Source: Octopus vulgaris
Lineage: Eukaryota
DNA length: 64,000 bases
Reading direction: 5' to 3'
NCBI GenBank assembly: GCA_951406725.2
Contig: OX597819.1
Location: 118,668,001 to 118,732,000, forward strand
Shown here: one piece after another, positions 39,301 to 60,533 of the stretch
How positions within the stretch are numbered: position 1 is the stretch's first letter
Layout of the letters: each line of letters starts with the position of its first letter
Notes under the pieces: generated by a model
Told to the model about the DNA's origin: nothing
The model's database searches: none
The model's input: the letters and a program-made list of their open reading frames with translations, nothing else
Position numbers and translations under genes: made by a program

Positions 39301-40284
39301 TTCGCCAATCGTAAGAGCAGAGTCAATACGCTTTAAATTTTGGGTTTCCCATTTCATATTTGTGTAATATATTTTCATAAATAATATCATATCCAACCCA
39401 CAAATTGTTGCAGTACAACAGCTTCACAAATTTTGAACTTTTGAATTTTGTTACACTAAACTTTTGGAAGCAAAATTACCATGCCAATGTAACTCAAAAA
39501 TCTATGCGATACTTTATTCACAAGAACATTTACGTCGTTATTAAATTTGATGCCTGTCAGGAACGAGAGGGTTGTATTCAAACTGTAATAACATACATTT
39601 GGATGGTTTTACTGAGAATTAACTTTGCTAAACCTACTCACAGTGTAACACATCTTAAAGTCACATCTTTCAATATCTCTTTAGGTACTTATCAGTTATA
39701 ATCAAAATTCGGCAATATTCACTGCTTCAGCGTATTTAGTAGCACAACATTATGAGCATGCTACGTTTAGTAATCTGCTGCTCTAACATTTTATGAATAT
39801 TCATTCTGTGTACCAAATCTTCTGGTGTGAAAAATGAAGAAGGTTTCCCATCTAAGGATGAATTTCTCTGTTGAAAAAAGTTCAATTCCATGTCCTAAAT
39901 TTACACATATTGCCTCAAAGATTACGTTTTACGTGTCGTTACATATCTTTTAGTTGTATCGTTCACTAACGTAGCTGCAGTATTTTACCTGTTTATTAAA
40001 CATATAATTCATTGGTAACTTTTCTATGAAAAAAGTAATGAATTTACTGGAATTGAAATCAGAGAAATAAACACAGGCGTAGCTCTGCAGATACGAGGCC
40101 TTCGTTGCAATCAGGTGGTTACTGTTTTACGCATACCACGCAGCAACTTGCGCAAATGTCTCCTACTATAACTCCAAGCAACCAGAGCCTCAACAGGGAA
40201 TTTGATGTACGGAAGCCTGACTTGTATATGTTTGAATGTGTATGTGCGTGTGTATATGTGTGTTGGTGTGCTGTATGTATGTTT

Positions 40285-41589
<1,305 letters not shown>

Positions 41590-41590
<1 letters not shown>

Positions 41591-43270
41591 ACTTAGAATA
41601 ACTTAGAAAGGTTTTTGGCCAGTATTGGCCCAGGCCATGTCTAACTTAATAGCACCACCTGGCGAAGTCTGTCAGTTCAGGATTTGGGCACCAAGGCCCA
41701 TTCGAGCAGAGAGCTATTGTTTGCGGAGACATATCCGGGTGTGGATGGTTTGTCCGGTACTGTTTGAAGGAATTTGTCCAAAGACTTCTTGAATTTTGTG
41801 TGGTCAGTTTCTTTTTTGACGTGTCCTGGTGTAATGTTGAAGAGAGCAGGTCCAATTGAGGTGAAATAGTTGTGCCGTATTGTCGTTATGTGATGCGATT
41901 TAGATTTTTGTTGTGGACGGATGGCACGTGGTCCAAGCCTTGGATGCATTTTGAAGGTGATGCCAACATCATTCGGACAGTGCTGATGGAATATTTTCCA
42001 CATCATACAGATAATGTAGCGTTCACGGCGTCGTTGGAGTGAATACAATTTCAGCTTCTCTAGTCTACCCCAGTAGTCAAGGTCTGACATGCCATCTATC
42101 TTTTTTTGTGATTGACCTTTGGGGAGCTTCAATTCTCATAATATTTTGTTTTGTGTAGGGAGACCACAGTGGACAGCAGTATTCAAGGTGGGGTCGGGCA
42201 AAAGTGGAGAAGAGAAGGATAATAGCGTGGGAATCTTTCGACTGGAAGGTTCTGAGAATCCAGGAACACCTTCTGCGGGCCATGTCAACTTTGCTGCTTA
42301 TATGTGTAGCCCAGCTTATGTTGTTGTCCACTGTTACTCCCAGGTCTCTGATGTTGTTGGATGCCATGAGAATTTCTCCAGAAGGAAGAGAGTATGGGAG
42401 TTTCAGAGCGTCCTCCCTTCCAAAGTGGATCAGTTCGAATTTGTCTTCATTTAGCAACATGTTATTCTTTTCCGCCCATTGGACAACAGCTAGTAGGTCT
42501 GACTGAAGGTTTATTCGGTCATCCACGCCATTGATGACCTTCTGGAGCTTGGAATCATCAGCGAAGGTTCTGATGTTGCTGTGTTTGATGGTGTCAGTAA
42601 TATCATTTATGTAGATGATGAAGAGAAGTGGGCCCAACACAGTGCCTTGTGGGACACCACTGCTGACTTTGGCTGGGCTGGATTTGACTCCTTCGACTAC
42701 AACATGTTGGGTTCTGTTAGAGAGGAAGCACTTGATCCATTGCAGCAGCTTTCCAGTGACACCAATATTGGACAGCTTTCTCAGAAGGATCTTATGATCA
42801 ACCCTGTCAAAGGCCTTGCTGAAATCAAGGTAGATGACATCAGTGTTGGAACCCTCTCCCAAGGCTCTCAAAATGTCATCAAAATGATGCAGTAGCTGCG
42901 TCAGGCAATCTCTCCCATTACGGAATCCATGCTGGTTGGGGTTCAGCATATTATGACTCTCAAGGAAGTGAGTCATACGCGATCTCAGCACCCTCTCAAA
43001 TACCTTGATGATATGAGAGGTGAGTGAGATTGGACGGTAATTCACGGCAAGCGATTTGTTTCCTTTTTTGAAAACTGGGACAACAGACTGGGATAGAAGG
43101 TCTTCTGGTATATATCCAGCATCCAATGAGTTCCGCCACAGATTGGCTAGAGGGGGTGCAAGTTGGTTTTGACACATCTTCAAGACACAAGCAGGGAACC
43201 TATCGGGACCTACTGCTGAATTATGCTTCATTTCCTTTATTGCTGCTAAGACATCAGGAGCGCCAAATGT
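41590..43270 (-). mobile_element. Young 5'-truncated CR1-clade LINE (RT domain to 3' end) inserted in (TA)n
   Basis: [49 protein letters not shown]; one frameshift at the T-run near 42105; stop at 41677; tail ttctaagt repeated twice. Confidence 0.95.
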
Positions 43271-44320
<1,050 letters not shown>

Positions 44321-44558
44321 TACACATAAAACATACATACAGCACACCAACACACATATACACAGGCACACACACACATTCAAACATATACAAGTCAGGC
44401 TTCCGTATATCAAATTCACTGTTGAGGCTCTAAGGCACGGATTTTATGCCCCATGGTCGTAACTTCCTTCAACCGTGCTCTTTCTGTTGTGATTTTTGCT
44501 ACCCAGGTATCGGTTATCATTTGAATTATCCGTAATAAGAGTATTCATTTATCTACTT

Positions 44559-44613
<55 letters not shown>

Positions 44614-44620
44614 ATATGTT

Positions 44621-44661
<41 letters not shown>

Positions 44662-44670
44662 ATATGTTTG

Positions 44671-44709
<39 letters not shown>

Positions 44710-47352
44710 GTTGGTATATATATATATATATATATGAATGTATATATGTATGCATAAATATGTGTATGCCGTAGTGTCTATTTTTCTCCAGCACTGCTTA
44801 ACAATCGCTGATATTTTGACGAAAGAAAACGATTGAGTCACTATCAGACTGAAAATTAAAGATGTACAAGAAGCCTTTTCTACGATTAAAGCGTTCAAGG
44901 CGGTGCTTCACATGACCGCACTGAAATGATTGCTAAATCTGAAAGAAAATAAATAAATAAATGAAATATGGCAAAACTTCCTCGAAAGTGTATTTCCCTA
45001 TTCAGTCTAATTAGCTGATGGATAATTGATAAAGGGGATTAATATTAATTATTGCGTTGTTATCGTATAAAACAAGATGGGTTAATGTTTATCTCACTAT
45101 CATAAATAAAGGTAATTGCTTTATTTTTCATTATCTGATGAATCCTATACTGGAGAATAACACCGTTTGATGTAAACCATGTTTTCTGATGATTTAATTA
45201 AATATATCCAGCGCAAAGGAAACGTCAGCTGATGACCAAGATTCTTTGATCGATTCCATTCAAACATTCTGCTACATGCCGGAAATACTCTGCATTAAAA
45301 AAGAATAAAACTCTTCAAATATATCTATTTTCCTTTATATATTGCAGCTCAAAGGCTGCGGCCAAGAATGTCACATAATCATTCGTGTAAATGATTGCTC
45401 ATATCCTTTGTGATTTTCTTTTCGTTAATACGTTCCGAATAGTTATGCAGGTAGCAAATTGGTTGATCTTACCGAGATCTGCTATTTACTAATGAGTAAA
45501 CATCACGGGGCTTTTCAACACATTTAAAAGATTTACATTTTTAGTGTTCAATTTATTCACATTTCTTCCAGAGGAACGAAACGATATAGTGGTTAGGATA
45601 CCTGCAATAGTTTGTCGTGGATTTAATTATTAACGATGTCTAAAAATATTATGACATTTATGTGTGTTGACAATGAAGGTATTTGACTTCAGAGCAGATA
45701 TGTGGTTGTGAGGGAGATTAATATTTGCCTATACGGCAAAAGAGATTTGTGTGCAATAGTATCAAGTGATATGATAAAACATCGAATACTATTTAGTTCA
45801 TCTAATAGATCGAAACCCACATCGGTGAATTGGATCCGGTCCGCTGTAATGCCATCGTGAATAAGACCCATAAGCGATTCGTATTCTCCCTCGATGATTC
45901 CTGAAAACTAATGACGTCAGTGATGACGAGGTTTGGACTGAATGAACTTGCACAGGCAAGCTAATTCTAAGGCTCTGACATTTCTGAATTCTTCATTATG
46001 TGTGCTCGTAAAATTTCCAACAAAAGATAACATAGAATACGTAAATCTTTAGGCGCTACAACTTTCTGCACGCTACGTCAAGATCATCACAGATTTTAAA
46101 TCAATACCGACAGTCCTATTTTCGACCTATTGTAGTTCATCTGCCAACAATTTTCCTATCGGCAGGTATTCACGTGAATGATAATTATATAAAATCTCGA
46201 TTATTTATTTGAGAAAAGTTGTGATTGCATAATCGATACGAATTTAAATACGTCTGACATTTTCATATCTTAACTTAAATGTAATAATTATTGTGACATT
46301 TAGATATTAAATTCCTTTCAGTGTTCCATACAAAAATTCCTCAAATAGTAATTACGCATAACATAATATAGTAAACTATTTGGCATTTCGGAAATCTTGG
46401 TAAAATCATTATTTCAATTTTATTATTAAATAACTACTACAATTCTTTTTAATTTTATCACATCAATTGATGCATTTTCATGAATCATAATGTCCGACAT
46501 TTTGATTGTATGTATGAATGGAGTCTCAACTAGAATTATAAGATATTAGTGATATTCACAAAATTGTCTGTTAGTTTTCGGAATATATACTTAGTTACCC
46601 GACAACATAAACTGGTGTAGGTTCATATCCGTAGAATACCAACTTATATACGGTACGTTAAATCCTTATTCTTTTTAATAGTTTAATACTTGATAATTAA
46701 ATGTTAAATGTGGTATTAATATATATTTCCACTGGATTATATATACCTAATGGACCAAATGATATTTCTACTAGTTTAGCATTTTCTCCCAAAATACTAT
46801 CATAAGTCTAGAATCTTCACTTGAACCGAACTGTCAATTTCCAAACAATTAATCTTATTCAGGCCACTATCAAGTATATTTACAAAATGATGCGTCTTAT
46901 GGGCACCGAATTCCATACTCACACACTTAACGTTATCACTTAGGCGTTTGCAGTTTGATAATTTACCCAAGATGGACTGATTTGACATATGTCAAATCAG
47001 TAAATTTGTAACTCCACTACAGAGCCTACGCCAGCCTACATTTATTCTATATTAGTTTAAGATTCACATGATTTGTTCATATTTGCTTTCTTTTTCAATC
47101 ATTGGACAACATTCATACAGGACAACGTCTTTAAGGAATTTATAATCGAACACATCCACCCCACTACGTTTTATATTGAAGACTGGTAATTATTCAACCA
47201 AGTTTCACATTTCTAAATATCGTGTGATGGTTTAAATTATTTACTGAAATAATTATTTACCCACAGTTATCTTCTTAATATTATAATATACCTGCCTTTT
47301 TTAACCTCGAATGGAGTCATCGTTTCAATTAGAGAATAGTGTTGAAAAATAT

Positions 47353-47450
<98 letters not shown>

Positions 47451-47451
<1 letters not shown>

Positions 47452-47764
47452 ATATAAATTAGAGATAAAACCACTATTATGCAACTCAAACAGTGATAGA
47501 CATAAACCAAAACAGAAAAAGCAAATAATATATATTTTTATAAAACATATAACTAGATCTCAAAAACTATACTTTTTATGATCTAGTTATATGTTTTAAA
47601 AAAGATATATATTATTTGCTTTTTATGTTTTGGCTTATGTCTATCACTGTTTGAGTTGTATAATAGTGGTTTTATCTCTAATTTATATTATATATATTAT
47701 ACTGTAAAATTCGATTTAATACTAAATTGAATTTTTCCCTGCAAGTTTGGAGTTATACTCCCTA

Positions 47765-47768
<4 letters not shown>
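47451..47768. mobile_element. Fold-back element: arms 47451-47559 and 47580-47689 plus tail to 47768, (TA)n both sides
   Basis: Arms are reverse complements with few mismatches; same architecture as the HHR-bearing cases but no HHR retained. Confidence 0.7.
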
Positions 47769-47819
<51 letters not shown>

Positions 47820-47824
<5 letters not shown>

Positions 47825-48790
47825 CCCAGTGGACACCTCCTCCTGGCCAATGAAAACGCTCTTTTACGCCCTTTGGGCTCAGCTCTCCTCCTCTCTTCAT
47901 CTAACCTCCTCCCCGTCTCCTACTGCTCTTTACTCCTACATCTCTTCACTCCTACTTCTCTTCACTCCTACATCTTTTCACTCCTACTCTCTTTCCCTCT
48001 TCTCTCTTACTCTCTTTCTCTCTTTCTTTCCCCTCTTACCCTCTTCTCTCTTACACTCTTTCCCTCTTCTCTCATTCTCTCTTCTCTCTTTCTCTCTTAT
48101 CTCTTACTCTCTTCCTCTCTTTCATCTTTCTCTCTTCTCTCCTCCTCCCTATCCTCACATACCCACCTTCCCCTTCCCAATTAGCCCACCCACTCCTACA
48201 CATTCCTACTCCACATTCACATCCCCCCATCTTATCTCACATACCCCACCTCTACACCCACCCTCTGCCTACCACCAACCCCCCAACTCTACCCCTACCC
48301 TCAGATGAACCCACGCCCCACCCGTACTTTCCCCACTCTCGCATCCCCCACCTCCCAACAACATCACACCACAACACGCTACACCATACAATATTACACA
48401 TCACATCACAACACACTACCCACAGACCCATCCCCACATTTTCACACCTACACATACATACACGCACACATCCAGACAACCAGCTCTCTTTCACATGCCC
48501 ATACATACTCTCTTATACACGCACGCATCTTCGTGTTAGGGGTCATCTTTACTTTGTTACCTCCCCTACTTTCCCTCTCGTGTGTCACCCTTCTGTCCGA
48601 GTCAGCGCTATGTTAGAACGTTAGCCACTACACATATTTTTTTCTCTTCTTGTTTTTTTTTTGTGTCCCTTTCTTTAGAAGAGCGTACGTTCGAAACGTA
48701 AAATACTTTTTCTATTCCTGAGCGTTAGACTAATACACTTGTTTGTTTTGTACACCACCTGTCTTCGTTTTTTGTTTTTTCGTAAACTCT

Positions 48791-48794
<4 letters not shown>
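47820..48794 (+). mobile_element. PLE 3' region: pyrimidine/C-rich UTR, two decayed HHR-like motifs (about 48590 and 48669-48704), ending at (TA)n
   Basis: CTTT-CTTTAGA-A-GAGCGTACGTTC-GAAACGTA-AAAT; terminus colinear with 29400-29542. Confidence 0.65.
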
Positions 48795-48857
<63 letters not shown>

Positions 48858-48866
48858 TATACATGC

Positions 48867-48901
<35 letters not shown>

Positions 48902-48963
48902 CAAACATATATATATATATACATACATATATATACATATATATATATACACATACATACATA

Positions 48964-49833
48964 CAAGGTCAGATGGGAAAAATGGTCACTTTTTAATGTT
49001 TCTCTTTATTTAGCGCATGCGCATTGTTTCTTTTTTATTTCGTGAACTACAGAACATAGTAGAGTCGGTTGTGCACCGTTTGGGAGAAAAACAGCACCAT
49101 GATGCAATACACTCTTTTCGAAAGTCGAAAACGACTTGTGGAACAGGTTGGCATTCGCGCCGGAAGCTCCAATACAAACATTTCAGAGTGCTCCTGTGTC
49201 AATCTGAGGACAGTGCAAATTGTGGACTTGTACCGAGACGCATCAAAATCAAGCATCCAGTCAACATAATAGTGTTCGGAGTGATCACTAATGATGTCTT
49301 CATTCATCTTCCCACGTGGCCTTAGACTCAACACAGTGGTATAAAACGAGTGCCTGAAGAAGGGAGTGCTACCCAGGTTAAAGACGGTGACTGCTGAAAG
49401 ACCTTATGTCTGAGAAGAAGACTTTGCAGCATGCCTTTCAAGCAGGAAAATCCAGTCACAGCTCTCAGACCATTTCTGCTACTATACCACCCGTAACATC
49501 TTGTTATCTAACTCCCCAGACTGCACCCCCTTGATTATTAACTGTGCAGTCGTGCGAAAGGCCAACAAAACTCCTTGTAACATCAAAGATGACCTGAAGG
49601 CAGGGATTATGGCAGCATTCACTAACATTGACAATGTGACCATCCAAAAGAGCTACAGGAGATTGCGAAGTCGATTGGATGCCGTAGTCAAAGCCAATGA
49701 TGATTTTGTTGAATAAATTTACTCATTCTAATTTCAAGACATTTGGATGCAATTTTGGAAAATATATCTGTGAAAATGAGATATCAATATTATTTTAATT
49801 TTTGTGTTATATTGACGGCAATTTATTCATCGC

Positions 49834-49838
<5 letters not shown>
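48964..49838 (+). mobile_element. Degenerate maT/DD37D-like transposon
   Basis: IKHPVNIIVFGVIT, SNSPDCTPL, RLRSRLDAVVKANDDFVE-stop; imperfect TIRs with TA. Confidence 0.8.
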
Positions 49839-49880
<42 letters not shown>

Positions 49881-49926
49881 GCATAGATAGATAGACAGAA
49901 ATGACATATGAGGAATCCGAAATAGT

Positions 49927-49996
<70 letters not shown>

Positions 49997-50984
49997 GTGG
50001 GTTTCATGCATACACTTCGTTTATCTTTCATTTTTACGTGTTTCAGTCATAAATTTCCTGCCATGTTGGACCATCGACTTTTGCCTAAATCGCTCACAAT
50101 GCATTAGATTTACATTGATTGAACTCGAATCAACTAGTTTGCACGACACGCTTCTTAAGCATACACCTATATTTGTATAGGTTTAATTTTTGATGTATTA
50201 CATTTCATTATTAATATTCTTTAATAAAGATTCTATTACGGGAAAAATAATGTATGCACATTATTGTGAAGATGAATGTGGCAGTAACGTCTTTTTTAGT
50301 AAGACCTTTTGACAAACAAACGCTGTTTAGGAAAAATAAAACTCATGAATAGGAAATGTAGTATCATTTTCAGCAAGATATAGAATATTAGAATGGCATT
50401 GAATAAATTATAAGGGCAATGACTTTAGACTTTTCTCCTGAAAAAACTCTTACTGTTGTTAACACTTTAAATAAAAAGATAAACTGACATTTTCGTCTTC
50501 GTATTGAAGTCTGCAAGAATAAATTATAAAGGTTTCACTCAAGTAATTACTTCTAGAATTGCTGAAAGCGTTATTGCTTTCCTCTCCTTGGTGAATTAAA
50601 AGACGCGGTCTCACCCGTCAAATTGATATCTGAACGATTCCATCTTTTCATTGTGACGTAAAAGTGTTAATCCACAGAAAGCATCAATTTCAAAGTCTAA
50701 TAAGTCCTTAAATCGCGAGTTCCCTTATGCAGTTGTCACAAAATATTCAACTAAAATTACAAAATATTTATGTAAGAAAAGATACGTATGTGAATGTATT
50801 CCAGTTGCTGCTGAGAGAGTCTGGTATATCTTCGTTATTTAATATTTCGTTAATTTCCGGCTTTGTAATTGTTATATTATTACACCTTCATTTATGATGG
50901 CAGCTTTTCAAGGCTCTATTTTCATATACTTACATACATATACATACACACATATGTATATATATATTGATATAAGCATATATA

Positions 50985-51520
<536 letters not shown>

Positions 51521-51529
51521 TAATATATA

Positions 51530-54608
<3,079 letters not shown>

Positions 54609-54781
54609 CAGAGAGAGAGAGATAAAGAGATAGAGAGATAGATAGAGAGGGAGAGAGAGGGACAGAGAAAGAGATGGAAGGACTGGGAGAGTGACATATA
54701 TGGATATATACATACACACGCACAGACAAAAATATACATTTATATAAATTGATGTAAGTTTATATATATATACATATATAC

Positions 54782-54813
<32 letters not shown>

Positions 54814-57800
54814 TGAGAGAGAGAGACTTTGGTATAGATATACATACACACACATACTAGCGCACACACAGACACGCACAGATATAAGTATTCTAATACA
54901 CATAATTACATTAAACTGATACAAGTTCTGTTGAACAATATACCGCAAAATGTCATGCGGGTGAAGATGAATTTAATCAGAATGAACATATTTGAAACAG
55001 AAAGTGGCACCTAGACTGCAATCATGTTGAAATGATATATTTTAAAATTCTTGTATTGGTATATATCAGTCTCTATTCTAAAACGATTGTGCTTAAATTA
55101 TAAGTTACCACAATACCAGCAAAACAAAATAATTCCTTATCATGTAAGAGACAGGACAAATTGATACCTTTACATTTGACTGTATGACTGAAAGTTACAA
55201 ACTTCAGCACACTAGGTTACATTCGACTGTCAAGATTAACGTTCATGTTCATTCAGCTTTCGTTTGCAAGATGACGCTATTACACATAACATCACACTCC
55301 ATAAACCCAGATTAATATGAAAATGCGATGGGAAAATTATGGCATACTTTATTGAAAAGAAAATAGATTAAGTATGGAAACCATATTCATATCTCAATAC
55401 AATGCTAACATCAAATCGTTAGCAAACACATCATAAACGTAACACGTCTCTACAAGTCAATCAATTTTGTTCTTCATTTCCCATACATCAATCACTAGCA
55501 TTTAATTCACTACTTTGTTAATGCTATCTTCCAGTTTATCACATACTTACGTTCCCTCTCTAGATGATATGAAAGGTGGAAGGAAATATTGTTCTCCTAT
55601 ATATAGGCAGGAAAACAAATTGAAATAGTTTTACCGTTCTCTATTTTATAACTATCGATTTTTTTATGAATGTTTAAATATCATGTAATCATTGTTGTAA
55701 ATGTTTGAACGTTTGTTCACGATTATAGCTTTTCATTTCCTTTTCTTTTCTATCTTCAATAAACCTTTAGATTGTCTTTTAAAAATCAGGAAAGGACAAC
55801 TTAGACAAAATAATCCTTAATGTACACATCCTCATGATAATATATACATTAAGAAAATACACATATCACCAACACAGGATATAGATTTTATTTCTCTCAT
55901 TAATAATCATGGCATTTGACATGAATCAAGTGTGCTCTCTGAGTTCAAATCACACTAAGCTAGATTTCATAAAATATATGCAATCCTACGGGTGCGTTGT
56001 ATTGAAATGTTTTTTGGCAACATTCAATGAGGTTCATGTCAAAATAACAATGCTCTTCTCTTTAGGTGTACATATTTGTTTGTGTTAATGGTTTCGTGGA
56101 AGATTAGAATATTTTTGTATTAACCCAAATCTAGCGTCGTAGGTGTCAATTCCATACATAGATGTACCTGTTTAGTTATTGCATGAGTGCATGACAGTCT
56201 ATACTGTTTTGCTGTGTAAAACGTGCCTTCGTTAATCCGTGAAACTCATGTGGCGCTACATTAGAATGGGTAACAAAACTTTACTTCCGTTGTGTCTGAA
56301 AGATGTAAATCAGGATTTCTTAAGAAACTACTATCTTCTTGAGGATCCCATTAGTTTCATTCTTGATATGTTACCCAAATAAACAAGGAAAATTATTTGG
56401 AGGTAATATTTGAGAAGCATATGTTTAGGAAATACTAAAAGAATTCTAAATTCCCAACTTATATAACACACACATTCTAGATTTGATTCTGGTAATTATC
56501 TGTTTTTCAAACATTAGACCCAATTGCTTTGAATTATTCTAAAACTACTTTAAATATGATTTCTATGGTAAAAGTGTGCGTAACTCTAATGTTTGTTCTT
56601 TCCGTTCTTTTCTCGTTTTTATTCATACTTTGTCTTTTCATAAAATGTTTTGCATCAGCTTTCTCAATTTTTCTCGTGGTTTGTCATATAACAGCGTCTT
56701 GATATTTAAGCAGTACTAGCCATGTGCACAGAGCAAGAATGGAGAAAAGACTACCCATTATGAAATCGGGCCTAACCACGTGTAACAGTGACAATCAACT
56801 ACCAGTAACTTAATTTTATGCATTGAACATTAAATGATAACCATACCATTATAGAGGCACCTACATATATACATATGTACGCAAACACATATGTAGATAT
56901 ACAGAGAGAGAGAGAGAGAAAGAGAAAGAGACTAGGAGAGGGAATGTTTGTGTGGGTGTATACATGTGTGAAAATAAATGAGAAAAAGAGAGGTAAAGAC
57001 ACAATCATTCGCTTGAAACCAGGTCTGATGTGATGTATAAAATATATCTTTAGATTTGTGCTGATTTCGTTGTCAATTTATTCTAAAATATGTATATCTG
57101 GCACTTTCTCATTTTATTCCTTTGTAATTTGCCTGTTTCTATTTCTATTTTTTGTCGTTTTTTGTTGAGAATCTGTACTTGTTATTCGCATCCGATATTG
57201 AAAAAATTGTTATATGAAATATTTTATTGAATATACAAGCATCAGTATGTTGAAGAACAAATCGATTCTACATTCTGTATGTGAAAATATACATAGAAGA
57301 GCTAGCTATAGGCTGACATCTTGTATAGATCACTTAAGTACGAAATAATTGTGTACTGTATCTTTTCGGTATCTGGTGCATTTTGTCACATTATATATTT
57401 ACGCGTCCATTATTCCAACTGTTCCACACTATCAGCTGAAGCACAATGATAAGCAATTGTTATCTTAGCTACTTAGTATATTCTACTACAACTGCTTGAA
57501 ATTATATCTCTAGAAATGGAAGAGGGTATATTTTCTTTTAGTTTCGACAAAAGGAAATTTTTTTAAATGCATGAAATATTTTAATAACCAGCTTTTCATG
57601 GAAAATAGGTAATATATCTATTTTGTTGAAGATGAAACACAGTGGTTGTCAAAAAATTATGACGCCGATTTTTCAGGACGAGAAGTGGTTGTGATATTTT
57701 TAAACTTAACTAATACAACAATGCATGCTCACAAAATGCTTATAATCGACAATGACGAGCACATTAATATGTTCATACGTTGGATATTTTCATTCTTTCC

Positions 57801-57954
57801 CCTACCTTCATGTAACAGTTTTCTTAGTAACAAAACAAAAAAAAACGATATTCCTATAGGTTTGAATAAATAAACTTCGAAATTAATTTAAATTTAAATA
57901 ACAAATTAGATACCGGAATTATGTAGTAATACATCATTATTGTATATCCTTAAT

Positions 57955-58140
57955 TAGCACACCGGACGAAATGCTTAGCGGCATTTCATCTGCCTTGACG
58001 TTCTGAAATAAAATTTCACTGAGGTTGACCTTCATCATTTCGGGGTCGAGAAATTAAGTACCAGTTGCATACAGGATTCGATCTAATATATTGGCCCCTC
58101 CCCAAACATTTCGGGTCTTGTGCCTAGAGTAGAAAAGAAT
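57955..58140 (+). mobile_element. Degenerate tRNA-derived SINE
   Basis: ttagcacaccggacgaaatgcttagcgg..ttcggggtcga..taagtaccagtt matches the 63027 family. Confidence 0.75.
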
Positions 58141-58894
58141 ATTGTTCACCTTCAACACGTGCTTAGCACCATTTAAGTATCACATTTAGACTTTCTTCCA
58201 TTACTCTGCATTTTGCTATGTAGGACGTTTTCCAACGATTATGTAGTTACATGCATTGTTGGCTCACATGGATGTCCCGCAATATTATAACCTGTTGGAT
58301 GTTACCAATCCGCTGTTGTTTGAGCTACAAATGACCATAGACATGTTTCTTTCACGCCTGTACATCAGAACATTTTAAGGGTACATTCAGATAATATTGA
58401 ATCACAGAATTGACACAAGGTCACATATTTTGAAGTCAGTTATATAAATTTGGCTTCTTGACAGGTACTTAAATTTACTGACACCACAAAGCAACAATAA
58501 AGACTCTACCTCGACTCAAATTGATCTCAGAAGGCCTAAGAAGACATAAGAGAGATAATTAAAAATCGCAAGGCATTTTTCACGAGCAATTCTAGCGATC
58601 CACAGCAGTTCATAGGCAAATGCATATAGCATGAGAAACATGAAGTTCTTTTACAATTAAAAGTTATGTTGTTAGAACACCAAGAACATAAATAAATAAT
58701 AGATTTTTGAATGCCTTCCAAAATATGTAGATAAAATATACAACTACAACGTGAAAAAAATCTCCTTAGATATTCAGAATATCATCATCTGTTGGCTCTT
58801 ACTCAGACTAATTCCATCACACCATCCACCACAATCCCCAAGGGTGTTTTGTATATTAGCAGTACTATACCTTTTAACTGTCCAACATCGGAAT

Positions 58895-59050
58895 CATTTT
58901 CTTTATTGTTTCAGTCATTTGACTGCAGCCATCCTAAAGCACCACCTTTATTCGAACAAATCGTCCCCAGGACCTATTCTTTGTAAGCCTAGTATTTATT
59001 ATATCGGTGTCTTTGGCCAAACCACTAGGTTACGGGAACGTAAACGCACC
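58895..59050 (-). mobile_element. SINE 3' half
   Basis: tttcagtcatttgactgcagccat..ttctttgtaagcctagta matches the 11546 family. Confidence 0.75.
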
Positions 59051-60103
59051 AATATTCTGTTTTCACTATTGATCTAACTCGTCTATAGTATTCTTTCTTT
59101 ATTTTTTCTTTCATTTGTGTGTGTTGTATTTAGAAAATCTAAATGAAATAATCGATCCCTGATATGGTATGCTGAAATCAAGTTGTTAATTGACCGAAAA
59201 TACCACGAGAACATAAGAAGCAATTCCCCAAACCTCACAGACTTCTCCTTGAACCCCTATTCCACTGAGAAAGAATTTGTTGGACTTATGCAACAGGAAG
59301 TAATGCATCATCTAAATATTGCTACCGTATGTTGGGAAGGGCTCAAATGGAAAGTATAGAAGAATATGCTCCCAGGGTTCGAATGCTCGGTTTTCAATAC
59401 TCTCCTGAAAAGGACTCACATATGCTAAATAACAATTTCCACAACAAGGAGAAGAAACAACAAAATTAATTCAATAACAATGAAAGCAAACTCATCGTTT
59501 AGCTGTGGAGTTTTGTAGCTAAAGCATTTTACTCAAAGCAACGTGAACTTACAAATGTTATTCTTGTATTGTTCCTTAGAATGCAGTGTGTTCATGGATA
59601 GGAAAAAAACAACAATTTACTAAAGAGGAAGTGCTGATATGAACACCAAGAATCCAGCTTATCAATATCCCATCGCTCAGTTATGAGAATCGTTCTCAAT
59701 CAAGCATTTCACAATGAGAACTACTCACAAACACATCAGCAATTTATAGGGAAATTTATATTAAGGAAAGTAGTAATTGCCAAAACCAATGTTTTCTCTC
59801 TCCCTCTCAATATATATATATATATGTGTACACACACACATATGCATATCTGTGTAAGTCTGTGTGTTTGTGTATTGAGCAATTTTCATTCCAAAATAAA
59901 TATCGGAAAACCATTTTCAATGGATATTCGATTTGGGGATAAAATTTGTTACACTCGTCGAAAGAAGTACGCATGCGTGGCAAATCAGGTGTGCGCGCAC
60001 AACATATTTACCGATCAGAAAGAAAATGGATTATGTGAGATTTCTTTTACGCATACAATATCCTTTCCTTTCTATTCACATCACGGCTACAACAGCACAT
60101 ATG

Positions 60104-60225
<122 letters not shown>

Positions 60226-60344
60226 TATATATATATACACACACACACACATATGTATATATAAATAGATATGCATATATATAATAATATATATATATAT
60301 ATATATGCATACATATATATACGTATATATATATAAATATATAT

Positions 60345-60465
<121 letters not shown>

Positions 60466-60479
60466 TACATATATATATT

Positions 60480-60533
<54 letters not shown>

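Noticed and set aside
45689-45920. Possible minus-strand exon (ttttcag then GIIEGEYESLMGLIHDG) and nearby TGACGTCA CRE site
   Set aside because: No recognisable homology or partner exons; a single 8-mer is expected by chance in 64 kb.
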